Positions 1 through 9,736 of a stretch of DNA of 64,000 bases are shown in pieces. Each line of letters starts with the position of its first letter. The first letter of the stretch is position 1. Made by a program: the position numbers and the translations under genes. Below the pieces are notes generated by a model. That model was given only the letters and a program-made list of their open reading frames with translations. It did not search any database and was not told where the DNA came from. Source of the DNA: an uncultured delta proteobacterium (lineage in GTDB: Bacteria; Desulfobacterota; WTBG01; CAIYCZ01; CAIRTM01); contig CAWDSQ010000024.1 of NCBI GenBank assembly GCA_963804955.1, positions 64,001-128,000 on the forward strand, given 5' to 3'.

Positions 1-1
1 G

Positions 2-211
2 AGCAGAAAAGACCTGCTTACCCAGCGCGAACAGCAGGTCTGCCAGCTGCTTGCTTATGGGCACACCAACAGCGAAATTGCCGAAAAGCTTTTCATTTCG
101 GAGAGGACTGTTGAGACCCACCGCTCCAATATCTATGCAAAGCTGGGGCTGAACAACCGGGTGGAGCTGGTGCGCTTTGCCATAGATAACGGCCTGATGC
201 TTCGCCCGTGA
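2..211 (+). CDS. LuxR/NarL-family response regulator, C-terminal HTH (5' end outside window)
   Basis: Manual translation gives SRKDLLTQREQQVCQLLAYGHTNSEIAEKLFISERTVETHRSNIYAKLG..., a LuxR HTH signature; TGA at 209-211. Confidence 0.9.
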   Translation, partial: SRKDLLTQREQQVCQLLAYGHTNSEIAEKLFISERTVETHRSNIYAKLGLNNRVELVRFAIDNGLMLRP

Positions 212-319
212 GGCGCTGCCTGATTCTGAAGCTGCACGGTCGGGGAATCTGCAAGCTGATCGGTACTGCCGTGCTGTATTCACGGAACTACTGTACCCGT
301 GCCCGGCGGTGATGGAGGC

Positions 320-2743
320 TCAGGTGGGAATGGTCATGGGCTCACGCAACAGCAGCTCGATTGTAGACCTGGCTTTAGCTGCCAGCACCGGATGCGTGGC
401 TTCAAGCGAGGCGATCTGCCGCAGATTGTCGGCGGTTCGGAACACAAGCATGGCAAGGTCTCCCTCATCGACGGAGGTAAGCTCTATGACCCGCTCCCAG
501 CTTTCTCCAGCCGCCCAGGTATACAGCGCCGCGGCGGGCCAAAACTGCATTTGCGGCACATAAAAGCCATGCGCTTTCTTCAAGGCTAAAATGTCATCAA
601 CAGCACTCTTCATCCGGTAATAGGCGGACAGCAGCGGGCGCTTGTCCCAGTGCATGCCCTGTTTCAGATCGATATCCCTGAATTTATCATTCACAAAAAT
701 AGCAATGATGCCGGCAAGCAGCTCAGGGGCAAGATCACCCAGCATGTTCTTGCGAATGAGCTCCGCAATAATAAGCGGCTGATCAAGGCGAAGCTTTGAC
801 GCCCAGATGCCGTCCCCGGTAAGCTTGCCATCGGAGCCGACATACCCGTTGAGAACTAAAAAATCAAGATGACGCTGAAAGTCGCGCCAGAGAGAACTTC
901 GGGACTCTTCAAGGGCGGCTGCCAGCTCCTGCGCCCGGCGCACCTGCTTGACAAATTGAGAATTGCGGTCCTGATAGCAGAGTGCATAGGCCGGGCATGC
1001 GGCGCAGGGGAGCTCCTGCAGCTGCTGCTCAAGGGCATGAATCCGTTCATTGAACTCCTCAACGGTTTTATTGCCCTCGACATCCGTCTCGGCAAACAGG
1101 CATGCCTTGATATAATTTTTGCGCTTCTTCTTCGTTCGCGACAGCCTTCGTGTCTGCACACGGCGGAGTTCCGTACGATCAAGTATCTGCTCAAAGCTCC
1201 GGCAGCCGGATCCCGCCATCTGCTGCATAACCCTTTCTATGACCCGGGTGGCGCTTGCCTCAAGCCTCTGCAGCGCTGGCAGCCGCTGGTATGCGGCAAA
1301 GGATGCTTTGACCAGCTCCCGAATATCATCAGGGCTCTGGCTCAGGAGCAGGTTCAGGGCCATGGAAAAATTGATGGTAATCTGGCTTTCAATGGGTTCG
1401 GGCTTATTTGAAAACAGCTCGTCGATAAGGTGCGGGTTCAGAAAGGGGCCGTGGGCAATGACGGCAAAGCCGATTTTATCTTTACCGCGGCGGCCTGCGC
1501 GGCCGGTTGCCTGGTGCAGATCGCTGGCCGACAGGCTGACAAACTCGCGGCCGTTAAAACGGTCGCTCTGCACAAGGACCACGGTGCGGGCAGGAAAATT
1601 CACGCCTGCGGCCACCGTGGATGTGGAAAAAATAGCGTCCAGATAGCCCTCATTCATGAGCTTTTCCAGCACGATCTTCCAGTGCGGAAGCTGCCCGCCA
1701 TGATGGGCGCAAAGGCCGTGATGCTCGGCATAGAGCAGCTGCGGGTGCCGCTCAAGAAAAGGATATTCCTTTAAAAACTCTTCAATCCGGACGCGAAGGC
1801 GCGCCGCCTGCTCAGGCTTGATCATGTGCCGCTTGCAGGCAAGCAGGGCATTATTGCACTCCATGCGTGATTTGAGGAAAAAAATAGCCGGCAGTAAATT
1901 ATACGCGGTCAGAGTTTCAAGGATATGCTCATAGGAAATGGCGCTGCCCTGACGGAATTTCGATCTGGGTGCCTGCTGTAAAGCATGAACTATTTTCGGC
2001 GATATGCCGCCGGCATCCGAAAGCGGGACAAGCTCACCATCGGGCAGCAGATACAGCGGATAGATAGGCACTGGGCGCCGTTCGGAATGCACCACGGTGC
2101 AGGGATGCTTGCGGACAACGCTGAGCCATGCGGCAATCTCGGCGTCATTGGGTATTGTGGCAGACAGCATGAGAAGCCGTACGCGGCTGGGCAGATAAAT
2201 CATTACCTCTTCCCATACGACGCCCCGGTCGCGGTCGCCCAGATAATGGGCCTCATCAAGAACGACCAGGTCGGACCTGAAATCCGTGCTTGTAGCCATG
2301 GAGTCATAGAGCTGGTTTCTCAAAATTTCCGTGGTGCCCACGATGATAGGAGCATTGGTATTTTCCTTGCGGTCGCCGGTCAGCACGCCTACATTGTCCT
2401 CACCGAACTCGGCGCAGAACTCGTGGTATTTCGAATTTGAGAGAGCCTTGAGGGGAGAGGCATACCAGGAGCGCCTTCCTTCTGCAAGCACCCGCTTCAT
2501 TGCCTGAACCGCAATCCAGGTTTTTCCGCTGCCCGTGGGCGCGCTCACCAGGACATCGGTCTGCTGAATTTTTTCGAGTGCATCCAGCTGGAAATCATCC
2601 GGGATGAATGCTGACGGAGGAGGAGTGCCGATACCGGCAAATATTTTTTTCAGCTGCCGGTCTGCTTTGGGCTCAAATCGTTCCCGGGCGGGCGGATGAT
2701 GCTCATGCTCGGCTGCTTTTCGTTTCCTGCGGGGATAGTTCAC
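320..2743 (-). CDS. Ski2/HelY-like DEAD/DEAH-box (SF2) helicase
   Basis: 807 aa; APTGSGKT, SPLKALSN, DEAH, LSAT, QATGRAGRRG motifs; DSHCT-like C-terminus (DEGDL). Confidence 0.9.
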   Translation of the reverse strand: MNYPRRKRKAAEHEHHPPARERFEPKADRQLKKIFAGIGTPPPSAFIPDDFQLDALEKIQQTDVLVSAPTGSGKTWIAVQAMKRVLAEGRRSWYASPLKALSNSKYHEFCAEFGEDNVGVLTGDRKENTNAPIIVGTTEILRNQLYDSMATSTDFRSDLVVLDEAHYLGDRDRGVVWEEVMIYLPSRVRLLMLSATIPNDAEIAAWLSVVRKHPCTVVHSERRPVPIYPLYLLPDGELVPLSDAGGISPKIVHALQQAPRSKFRQGSAISYEHILETLTAYNLLPAIFFLKSRMECNNALLACKRHMIKPEQAARLRVRIEEFLKEYPFLERHPQLLYAEHHGLCAHHGGQLPHWKIVLEKLMNEGYLDAIFSTSTVAAGVNFPARTVVLVQSDRFNGREFVSLSASDLHQATGRAGRRGKDKIGFAVIAHGPFLNPHLIDELFSNKPEPIESQITINFSMALNLLLSQSPDDIRELVKASFAAYQRLPALQRLEASATRVIERVMQQMAGSGCRSFEQILDRTELRRVQTRRLSRTKKKRKNYIKACLFAETDVEGNKTVEEFNERIHALEQQLQELPCAACPAYALCYQDRNSQFVKQVRRAQELAAALEESRSSLWRDFQRHLDFLVLNGYVGSDGKLTGDGIWASKLRLDQPLIIAELIRKNMLGDLAPELLAGIIAIFVNDKFRDIDLKQGMHWDKRPLLSAYYRMKSAVDDILALKKAHGFYVPQMQFWPAAALYTWAAGESWERVIELTSVDEGDLAMLVFRTADNLRQIASLEATHPVLAAKARSTIELLLREPMTIPT

Positions 2744-2975
2744 GGCTTATAGGGTTTCTAATAATTCATCTGGCAATTCAGTGCTGTTCCGGCAGTTCGG
2801 ATAGTAAAGGACGCGCCGCAGCTTGTAAAGCATATTAATTGCCCCTGTCGCGCCTGTTTCAGTTAACTATCTAAAAAATCATCAACAAAATGCTTTTATG
2901 AATACCGGATTTATGGTAATAGATACATCTTTTTATGCGTACTTTAATTTATCTATCTATAAAGGAGTTCCGACT

Positions 2976-4241
2976 ATGTTCGAACATGAGTTTGAAGCCA
3001 CAGAAAAGCTTATACACGGCCAGAACAGCTGGCGCAGCCGCGCCATCAATCTGATTGCCAGTGAAAATATCCTGAGCAATCGGGTGCGGGCTCTTGCAGG
3101 GTCAGACTTTGCCCATCGCTATGCCGAAGGCCATCCCGGCGAGCGGTATTACCGTGGCACTAACTTCATTGATGAAATCGAGAGCAAGCTCAAATCAAAT
3201 CTTAAAATTCTCTTTAATTGCGACCACACCGAAGTTCGCCCCATCAGCGGCACTAATGCCAATGAAGCTGTTTTCAGCAAATTCGTTTCATCCAATGATA
3301 TCGTCATGGCAAACTCTACTCCCGGCGGCGGCCATATCAGCCATCACCGCATCGGATCGCTGGGCAAATTCACCAAGAACATCATCGATTTTCCCATCAC
3401 CCCCGACGGCTACCACATGGATGTGGAAAAAACCAAATACCTGATTCAAAAAATAAAGCCCAAGCTTATCGTGCTCGGCAAAAGCCTGTTTCTGTTCCCC
3501 GAGCCGATTAAAGAGCTGGTTGATGTCTGTCAGGCAAACAAAGTCAAAATCGTTTATGATGCCGCTCATGTGCTCGGGCTTGTCGCCATGAAAAAATTCC
3601 AGACCCCCCTTCAGGACGGCGCATATCTGATTACCGGCAGCACGCATAAAACCTATTTCGGCTCGCAGCGCGGCGTCATCCTGAGCAATATGGGGCCTGA
3701 TGACTGGCGCAAGATAGACCGCGGCGCTTTCCCCGGCTCCTCAAGCAATCATCACCTTGACACACTGGCCCAGCTTGCCCTTGCCACCTATGAAATGATG
3801 GAATTCGGCGAGGCCTATGCTGAGCAGGTTATTGTAAATGCCAGGGCGCTTGCAGCCGCACTTGACAAACGCGGATTTACCGTTGAAGGCAAGGAGTTCG
3901 GATATACGGAGAGCCATCAGGTTGCAGTCAATGTAGCAAATGTGGGCGGCGGAGAAAAGGTGTCCAAAGAGCTTGAAATAAATGACATCATCCTCAACAT
4001 GAACATGCTTCCCCATGAGCCGCTCAGCAATCATGACCATCCCGACGGCATCCGCATCGGCGTTCAGGAAATGACCCGTCTTGGCATGAAAGAGCCGGAA
4101 ATGGATCGCATCGCCGAGCTGATGCAGGAATGCATCATGAAAAACATGCCGGTAAAAGACGAGGTGAACAAATTCCGGGATGCGTATCAGGCAGTTCAGT
4201 ACAGCTATGATGAAAAAGCCCATGCAAAAGCCAAAAAATAA
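2976..4241 (+). CDS. glyA: Serine hydroxymethyltransferase (archaeal-style sequence)
   Basis: LIASEN, YAEGHPGERYY, DAAH and GSTHKT (PLP lysine) motifs; AAAGGAG RBS before ATG 2976. Confidence 0.9.
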   Translation: MFEHEFEATEKLIHGQNSWRSRAINLIASENILSNRVRALAGSDFAHRYAEGHPGERYYRGTNFIDEIESKLKSNLKILFNCDHTEVRPISGTNANEAVFSKFVSSNDIVMANSTPGGGHISHHRIGSLGKFTKNIIDFPITPDGYHMDVEKTKYLIQKIKPKLIVLGKSLFLFPEPIKELVDVCQANKVKIVYDAAHVLGLVAMKKFQTPLQDGAYLITGSTHKTYFGSQRGVILSNMGPDDWRKIDRGAFPGSSSNHHLDTLAQLALATYEMMEFGEAYAEQVIVNARALAAALDKRGFTVEGKEFGYTESHQVAVNVANVGGGEKVSKELEINDIILNMNMLPHEPLSNHDHPDGIRIGVQEMTRLGMKEPEMDRIAELMQECIMKNMPVKDEVNKFRDAYQAVQYSYDEKAHAKAKK

Positions 4242-4259
4242 CTGATTCCCGACGATCAC

Positions 4260-4297
4260 AGCAAGCCCACAGCTCTTCTATGAGCTGTGGGCTTGCT
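4260..4297. terminator. 16-bp perfect stem-loop after glyA (terminator or mRNA stabiliser)
   Basis: AGCAAGCCCACAGCTC-ttctat-GAGCTGTGGGCTTGCT; no clear U-tract. Confidence 0.55.
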
Positions 4298-4319
4298 CAT
4301 TCTTATGTGCCGGCCATGC

Positions 4320-5165
4320 ATGATCATTGATGCCCACACACATATATTCCCCGATAAATATGCCGCGACGATTCTGCAGGCTACGGCAAAAATGTTTAAT
4401 GTGCCGACCTTCGGCGCTGCCACTGCGGCTGATCTTCTTGAAAAAATGGACGGCTGCGGCATCTCCCACGCTGTCATTCATATGGTATCGCCCACGCCGT
4501 CGGGTGTTAGTGATACCAATACCTGGCTCATACAGCTCAAGCAGGACCGATTCATAAAATTCGGCACGCTGCACCCCGGTTTTAAAAAAATAGAAGAAGA
4601 GATACAGCGGCTGAAGGACGGGGGGGTGAAAGGTGTCAAGTTTCAGCCAGATGTGCAGCAGTTTACCCCGGATGAGCGGCAGAGCACCTATCATATCTAT
4701 GAAGCCCTCGCCAAACAGGGCATGACCGTCATGTTTCATGTGGGCGGGGAGCCCCTGCCCTCTGCCCGCGATCGTTCTAAGCCTTCTATGATCTTGAATA
4801 TCGCACGTGATTTTCCGGAATTGAAAATCATTGCCGCGCATCTGGGCGGGCTCAATATGTGGGAAGATGTCTATGAAATGCTTGCCGGAAGGGCCAATAT
4901 CTATTTGGAATCATCTCTCAGCTATGAATTTATCGAGCCGGCGCTTGCTGAAAAAATTATTCGCAAGCATGGTCATGACAAAATATTTTTCGGGACTGAT
5001 TATCCGTTTGGCGATGTCAAAACCTCGCTTGCTGCAGCGCGGTCTGTGCCGTTTCTGATCGGAGCAGGAAAAAGAAGACTATTCTGGGCAACAATGCCTG
5101 GAAATTCTTTTTCGGCTAAAAAACCGCCCTACCATTTGCCCAGCAGCTGCAGCACGATGCGCTGA
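4320..5165 (+). CDS. Amidohydrolase family protein (Amidohydro_2); 3' end probably frameshifted
   Basis: IIDAHTH, FHVG, AAHLGG, FGTDYPF motifs; C-terminus runs into the opposite gene. Confidence 0.85.
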   Translation: MIIDAHTHIFPDKYAATILQATAKMFNVPTFGAATAADLLEKMDGCGISHAVIHMVSPTPSGVSDTNTWLIQLKQDRFIKFGTLHPGFKKIEEEIQRLKDGGVKGVKFQPDVQQFTPDERQSTYHIYEALAKQGMTVMFHVGGEPLPSARDRSKPSMILNIARDFPELKIIAAHLGGLNMWEDVYEMLAGRANIYLESSLSYEFIEPALAEKIIRKHGHDKIFFGTDYPFGDVKTSLAAARSVPFLIGAGKRRLFWATMPGNSFSAKKPPYHLPSSCSTMR

Positions 5166-5755
5166 CACACAACCACTATATCCTCTGCTGAAAAACACTG
5201 CTCAATGCTGCTGTTAAAAAGCATATGCGCCGATGCGGGAAATTCATCATCAGCCTTCCATACAACAATCGTGATCGTTACCAGCGGCAGAACCTGTATT
5301 TTGATCGAACAGTCACCGGCCTCAGTTTTCACAGCGCCCAGTATGCCGGCGCGCTCAAGCAAATACTCAGGGCTAGCTCCGAATGCTTTTACCAGCGGCT
5401 TTAAGCAGCGGTTTTCAAACAAATTGAAATAGAGCGCGGCTGATTTAATATCTTTGAAGCCCACCTCGCGGGATATGCCAGTCTGCGGCTGCGCATTGAG
5501 CAGATAATGAAGCAGCAGTATTTTATCCCAGACATGCAGCTCTTTCCCGTCAGCCCCGGTACACGAGCAAGAAGGCAGCACAAGACGTACGGCTGTGTTC
5601 AAATACTTCAGATCAAGGGTTGCCGATTGAGCTGCCGGCTCAATCAGCACAGCGCCGGAGTTTTCGCAACATGCCGTAAGATCAAGGTCAAGCACTTTGC
5701 GCCGGGCCAGCTCAAATGCCTCGTTGTAAGCTTTGTCAAAATTATTCATCTGCAT
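5129..5755 (-). CDS. DUF3786-like protein
   Basis: ILLLHYLL, LPLVTITIVVWKADDEFPASAHMLF..EDIVV pattern typical of DUF3786. Confidence 0.75.
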   Translation of the reverse strand: MQMNNFDKAYNEAFELARRKVLDLDLTACCENSGAVLIEPAAQSATLDLKYLNTAVRLVLPSCSCTGADGKELHVWDKILLLHYLLNAQPQTGISREVGFKDIKSAALYFNLFENRCLKPLVKAFGASPEYLLERAGILGAVKTEAGDCSIKIQVLPLVTITIVVWKADDEFPASAHMLFNSSIEQCFSAEDIVVVCQRIVLQLLGKW

Positions 5756-5936
5756 GGTAGCAATTACACCCAAAAAAAATTGCCTGATTTTGCCCTGGAC
5801 CCTCAGAACAAGCTTAGCTTTTTTTTACTATAACCGGGTAAACATCGTCCATAAAAAAACCGACATCCTAGTGCAGAACTTTGGCAAAAGCTGCAGTGAT
5901 TCAATCTGCATTCTTCAATGCCGTGTTTTTTGCTTC

Positions 5937-5987
5937 CGCCCTTTCAGGGCGAAATCAAGCCACCCGCTATGCGGGTAGTTGTTGACT
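5937..5987. mobile_element. Isolated IS200/IS605-like end (two adjacent hairpins ending TTGACT); no transposase
   Basis: CGCCC-tttca-GGGCG, then AAGCCACCCGC-tat-GCGGGTAGTT-GTTGACT; resembles subterminal hairpins of Y1-transposase elements (recognised from memory). Confidence 0.5.
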
Positions 5988-6007
5988 TACCTGCTGTCAA
6001 TCAGGTA

Positions 6008-6037
6008 AATAATAAAGGGCCGCAGGACGCAGCCCTT
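6008..6037 (-). terminator. Probable intrinsic terminator of MFS copy 1
   Basis: Minus strand AAGGGCTGCG-tcc-TGCGGCCCTTT followed by AT-rich tail. Confidence 0.55.
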
Positions 6038-6058
6038 CGAATATCTATGCCGGTCCGG

Positions 6059-7617
6059 TTAAACGCCATCGGCTTCATCCATCATTTTTTTCAGTTCCTG
6101 ACAAAGCCCAACGGTGACCTTTGTCAGGCCCTGATCCTGGGCATATGACTCAGTTCCCTCGATAGCTCCCTGCCGTACGCCGCCGGGTATTTTCATCATT
6201 ATAGCTTTGGCAGCTTCTTCCCAATCCATAGTAAATGTTGCCTTTATTTCCTGCGTGACCTCATTTCTAATTGCGAAAAGCCACACAAGCAGCACGATGC
6301 TTCCAATGCCCTTGAGGGCAAAAGCAGAACCGGGGCCGATCGAGTCAAACAAAACTCCGCCGAGTGAAAGAAAAAAAGAATGCCAATCGGCTGCATGGTG
6401 CACAGGCCGCCCATGACCGCGCCCATTAATGTTATTGGAGAGGCATCCATGGCAAGGGTATTAGCGCCGACAATAGATCCTGCCATGCCCACACCGGCAA
6501 AAACTGCAGCAAGAAAGCATACTGGGTGGAAGGGCCCCGGAGCAATCGCCAGGAGCAGCATGCTGATGCCTGCGCAGAGAACGCTGAATAAAATTGTCGG
6601 CATCCTTCCTTTTTTTTCAAGCATCACGCCGATAACAGGAAATGCCCCTAAAGATACCACACCCATGATTACCATGGGAATAACGGCCATGAGCGTTGCT
6701 TTGCCGGTATCATAGCCTGAAGCAGGTCCTTCTTTTACGGCCCAGGCAACCAGATAGGTTGCCAGAACCACGATGTCTGCGCGGGTAACCAGACAGCACA
6801 AATAGGCGGCTTTCAAAGCTTTGCTCTGCTTGACCAGAGGAAACACATCCTTGAGGCCCTGCTTCTCAGCGGCCTTCTCCGGCATCCTGTCTTTCATGAA
6901 AACTGCTGTCAGCAGGGCTCCTAATGCCGCAAACATCATGCAGGCATCAAAAGCGGCCAGCACGCCAGCTTTTTTTATAATAGCGCCAAATAAGCCAAAA
7001 ACCACAAGCGAGGCAAAGCCAATAGACATTCCATTAAAGGCCATGCCCTTGCCGCGATCCTTATCCCTGGTATAGTCGCCAACCATAGTAATGAATTGCG
7101 GAAAGCCAAGAATGAGCCCTATGCCGACCAAAAAACGCGCCACATAGGAAACGAGCAGTCCCGGTGCAAAAGGGGTAAATGAAGCGGCTTTATCAGGTGC
7201 GAAGCTCAGCCAGGCGCAGATTGTAGCAGCAATCTCGGGCGAAATACCCAGCCCAACAGCAATTTGATTGGAGATTTTAAACAGGTAGAAGGAAATGAAT
7301 AAAACGATAAAGCCTGCAAGAATCAGAATTTTGCGGCCCGTCTTATCAGACAAAGCCCCGATCAACGCGACAAAAAGCAGGGTTGCGACCTGGCTCATGT
7401 TTTGGTAAAAACTGATGATTGTGCCCGCAAAAACCTGATCGATGTTAATAATATCTTTCATGAAAGCCGGCTGAAGAACCGCCGGAACGCTCAGGAACAT
7501 GCCGATCAGGAAGCTGTTGAAAAACATGAAAAAATAGTTGGTCTTGGACAGACCCGGCAATATGGTGATACCGGCGAATTTAGGAGCTTTGATTATGGTT
7601 GCGTTTGAGTCGGCCAT
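6059..7617 (-). CDS. MFS transporter with C-terminal PCP_red-like domain (copy 1; one frameshift near 6370)
   Basis: GALSDKTGRK MFS motif A; ORFs 6244..7617 and 6059..6403 join at a homopolymer run; paralogue of 26598..28157. Confidence 0.85.
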
Positions 7618-7726
7618 TTTTCCTCCTTTATGATTTTTCTTTATTTATGTATTAAAACCTTATTCCTAGTATTTCGATTTTAAAAATTTTATGTTGATGA
7701 ACCTTTATTGTCAACAATTAAATACC

Positions 7727-7809
7727 TTACAGACCATGCTGAATAAAAAGATCTGATGTTGTAGTCCTGCTTAGATTCGAACCGCGCATTTCCTTTTTTC
7801 CCGGTTAGC
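7727..7809 (-). pseudogene. Decayed 3' tail of an SDR gene (copy of the end of 25680..26490)
   Basis: Reverse complement GCTAACCGGGAAAAAAGGAAATGCGCGGTTCGAATCT...GATCTTTTTATTCAGCATGGTCTGTAA aligns with GCTGACCGAGGAAAAAGCAAATGCGCGGTTTGAATCT...GATCTTTTCACACAGCATGGCCTGTAA at 26409-26490. Confidence 0.8.
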
Positions 7810-8120
7810 ATTGTGATTCTTGCTGCGGACGGCAGTTTTGTGTTTTTACTGGATAGTGTGATAACGCCTTGGGCTTAGCCTGCAGCTTTATTAACTGCAT
7901 GATATGTTTGGTAAGCTGAAATTTTCGGAGGTTTTTATTGATCCAGTTAGATAGCCGTAATGTGGGATTTATTAGTTGAAAAATAAATGCACACAATATA
8001 GGGGAGCGGTTTTGAGAGCGGCCTGCGATTCTGTTCGCAAATATCTTGAGGCGCGTCAGTCGTTTCTGAGTTGCCTACATCCTGACTTGCTGGAATATTG
8101 TGTATTACCCTTTTTGCAAA

Positions 8121-9257
8121 TCAGGTTTTCAGGCTCACAGCACCTGACAGTTCATCTATTAATTCCCTGACCGCAATGATTTTATCCACTCGCGACGCGA
8201 TTGCGCCGACGGTATACAGGGCGCCTTCGCCATCATTATGGCCTGCCGAACTGATCAAACCATTGCAAATACAGAAATACTTCCATCCTGGCATCCTTGC
8301 TGCGCATTTGGTTAAATGACCGTCACTATCCTTCTGCAGTACATAGCCTTTATTGCAAATGGGCAGTCGGGTCTGCTTCAATGTTGCGATATACAAGGGG
8401 GATTTCGCAAGCAGCCGAAAAGGCAGGCCGCAGGGAGAACACGGATACGCCGAGACGAGAATATCGTCGGCAGTAGCTTCGACGACCGCCTGCTTGTAGC
8501 TGTCAGTTGCGGAGCTTTCATGCGTGGCAAGAAAACGAGTTCCCATTTGCACGCCATCGGCGCCCAGGGCAATAAAGCGGAGTATGTCATCATGACTGTA
8601 AATGCCGCCTGCAACTATGACAGGAAAATCACCATGCTTTCTTGCCGTATCTTTAACCGGCGGAAACAAATTTTCCAGAGCGTTCCCGGGTAGCTGCCAT
8701 TGGTCTATCTGAAAACCGATATGCCCTCCTGCAAGGGGGCCTTCAAGCACAACCGCATCAGGTCGGTAGCCTAAGCGCTCCCATTTTTTACAAACAACTT
8801 CCAGTGCCCGGGCCGATGATATAATAGGGATAAGAGCCGTATCACGGGGAGGCTGAATCGACGGCAGCGACAGCGGCAGACCGGCTCCGGAAATTATGGC
8901 ATCCACACCGGCATCAAGGGCCCCCTTCACTGAGGCCTCATAGTCGCGCACGAGTGCAACCATAATGTTTATGCCGATGTAGCCTCCGTTTTGCTTCGCC
9001 TCGGTTATTTCGCAATATGCAGACTCCTGGGCGTCGACTTTTCTGCCCAGCCGCGCAGAAACAATCACATCAAGGGCCGCACTTGATACGACACCCGCCG
9101 CGCCCAAAACCGCCACGGCAGAGGCTAGACGATGCAATGATACGCCAACCCCCATGCCGCCCTGTATAATGGGCAGCCTGATTTTTTTACCTTTAATCTT
9201 CAGCTCCGGCAGAGAAGAACCGGAAAGCTCCGTAGGCTTATTCACCAGATTTTTCAT
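8121..9257 (-). CDS. Nitronate monooxygenase / FabK-FabX-like FMN enzyme
   Basis: PIIQGGMGVGVS, SGAGLP, EGPLAGGH, GADGVQMGTRF; C-terminal Cys cluster (C..C..CICNGL). Confidence 0.85.
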   Translation of the reverse strand: MKNLVNKPTELSGSSLPELKIKGKKIRLPIIQGGMGVGVSLHRLASAVAVLGAAGVVSSAALDVIVSARLGRKVDAQESAYCEITEAKQNGGYIGINIMVALVRDYEASVKGALDAGVDAIISGAGLPLSLPSIQPPRDTALIPIISSARALEVVCKKWERLGYRPDAVVLEGPLAGGHIGFQIDQWQLPGNALENLFPPVKDTARKHGDFPVIVAGGIYSHDDILRFIALGADGVQMGTRFLATHESSATDSYKQAVVEATADDILVSAYPCSPCGLPFRLLAKSPLYIATLKQTRLPICNKGYVLQKDSDGHLTKCAARMPGWKYFCICNGLISSAGHNDGEGALYTVGAIASRVDKIIAVRELIDELSGAVSLKT

Positions 9258-9295
9258 AGCTTAACTCATTTTTCCCTTCATTCAGCGCTGTAAAT

Positions 9296-9441
9296 CTAGA
9301 AGATGCCGACCTGAACGGTCTGAATCTTTTCAAAAACCTCATCGGGTATCTAATGTCTAAACTTCTCCTCAAACACCATTATAAGCTTCCCAGACCGATT
9401 GTATCCGACCCATGATCATCAGCATATGATGCTTCAGGAAT
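9296..9441 (-). pseudogene. acpP: Degenerate acyl carrier protein remnant
   Basis: Minus strand reads IPEASYADDHGSDTIGL / LIMVFEEKF..*IPDEVFEKIQTVQVGI, matching the ACP pattern PEASF.DDLGADSLD.VEL.M..EE.F.I.IPDE..EKI.TV; carries a frameshift, a stop, Ser-to-Thr at the phosphopantetheine site and no recognisable start. Confidence 0.75.
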
Positions 9442-9736
9442 GATGATATGAACTGACTTTGGTTATGAACAAAATATAAAATGAGGGCGATTGTATGTCA
9501 ATGTAAATGTGGGGACAAAATATGGCAGCGTGGTGCGCAGTTAAAATTGACGGGCTTGCAAAACATGATTGCCAAAAGTGACTGGCTGATATGTTTTCAA
9601 TATGTACTGGTGCAGACTATCGACTTAAAATTTGACAGTACGTGATATTGAAATACCAGCAATGCCAGCTTACGCCAGCTCCTTGATCCTGCCCTTTTTG
9701 CCGCGGGTAATTGATTGTAAATGATTTTTCAACAAG

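Noticed and set aside
320..2743. Ski2-like helicase as part of a defence island
   Set aside because: HelY-like architecture among housekeeping genes with no nuclease or methylase partners.
2744..2975. Possible THF/ZTP/glycine riboswitch upstream of glyA
   Set aside because: No conserved aptamer motifs recognised by eye; an Rfam/Infernal scan would be decisive.
9670..9735. Minus-strand peptide ending RGKKGRIKELA*, reminiscent of the ribosomal protein L19 C-terminus
   Set aside because: Only about 10 residues match and upstream sequence does not continue the similarity.
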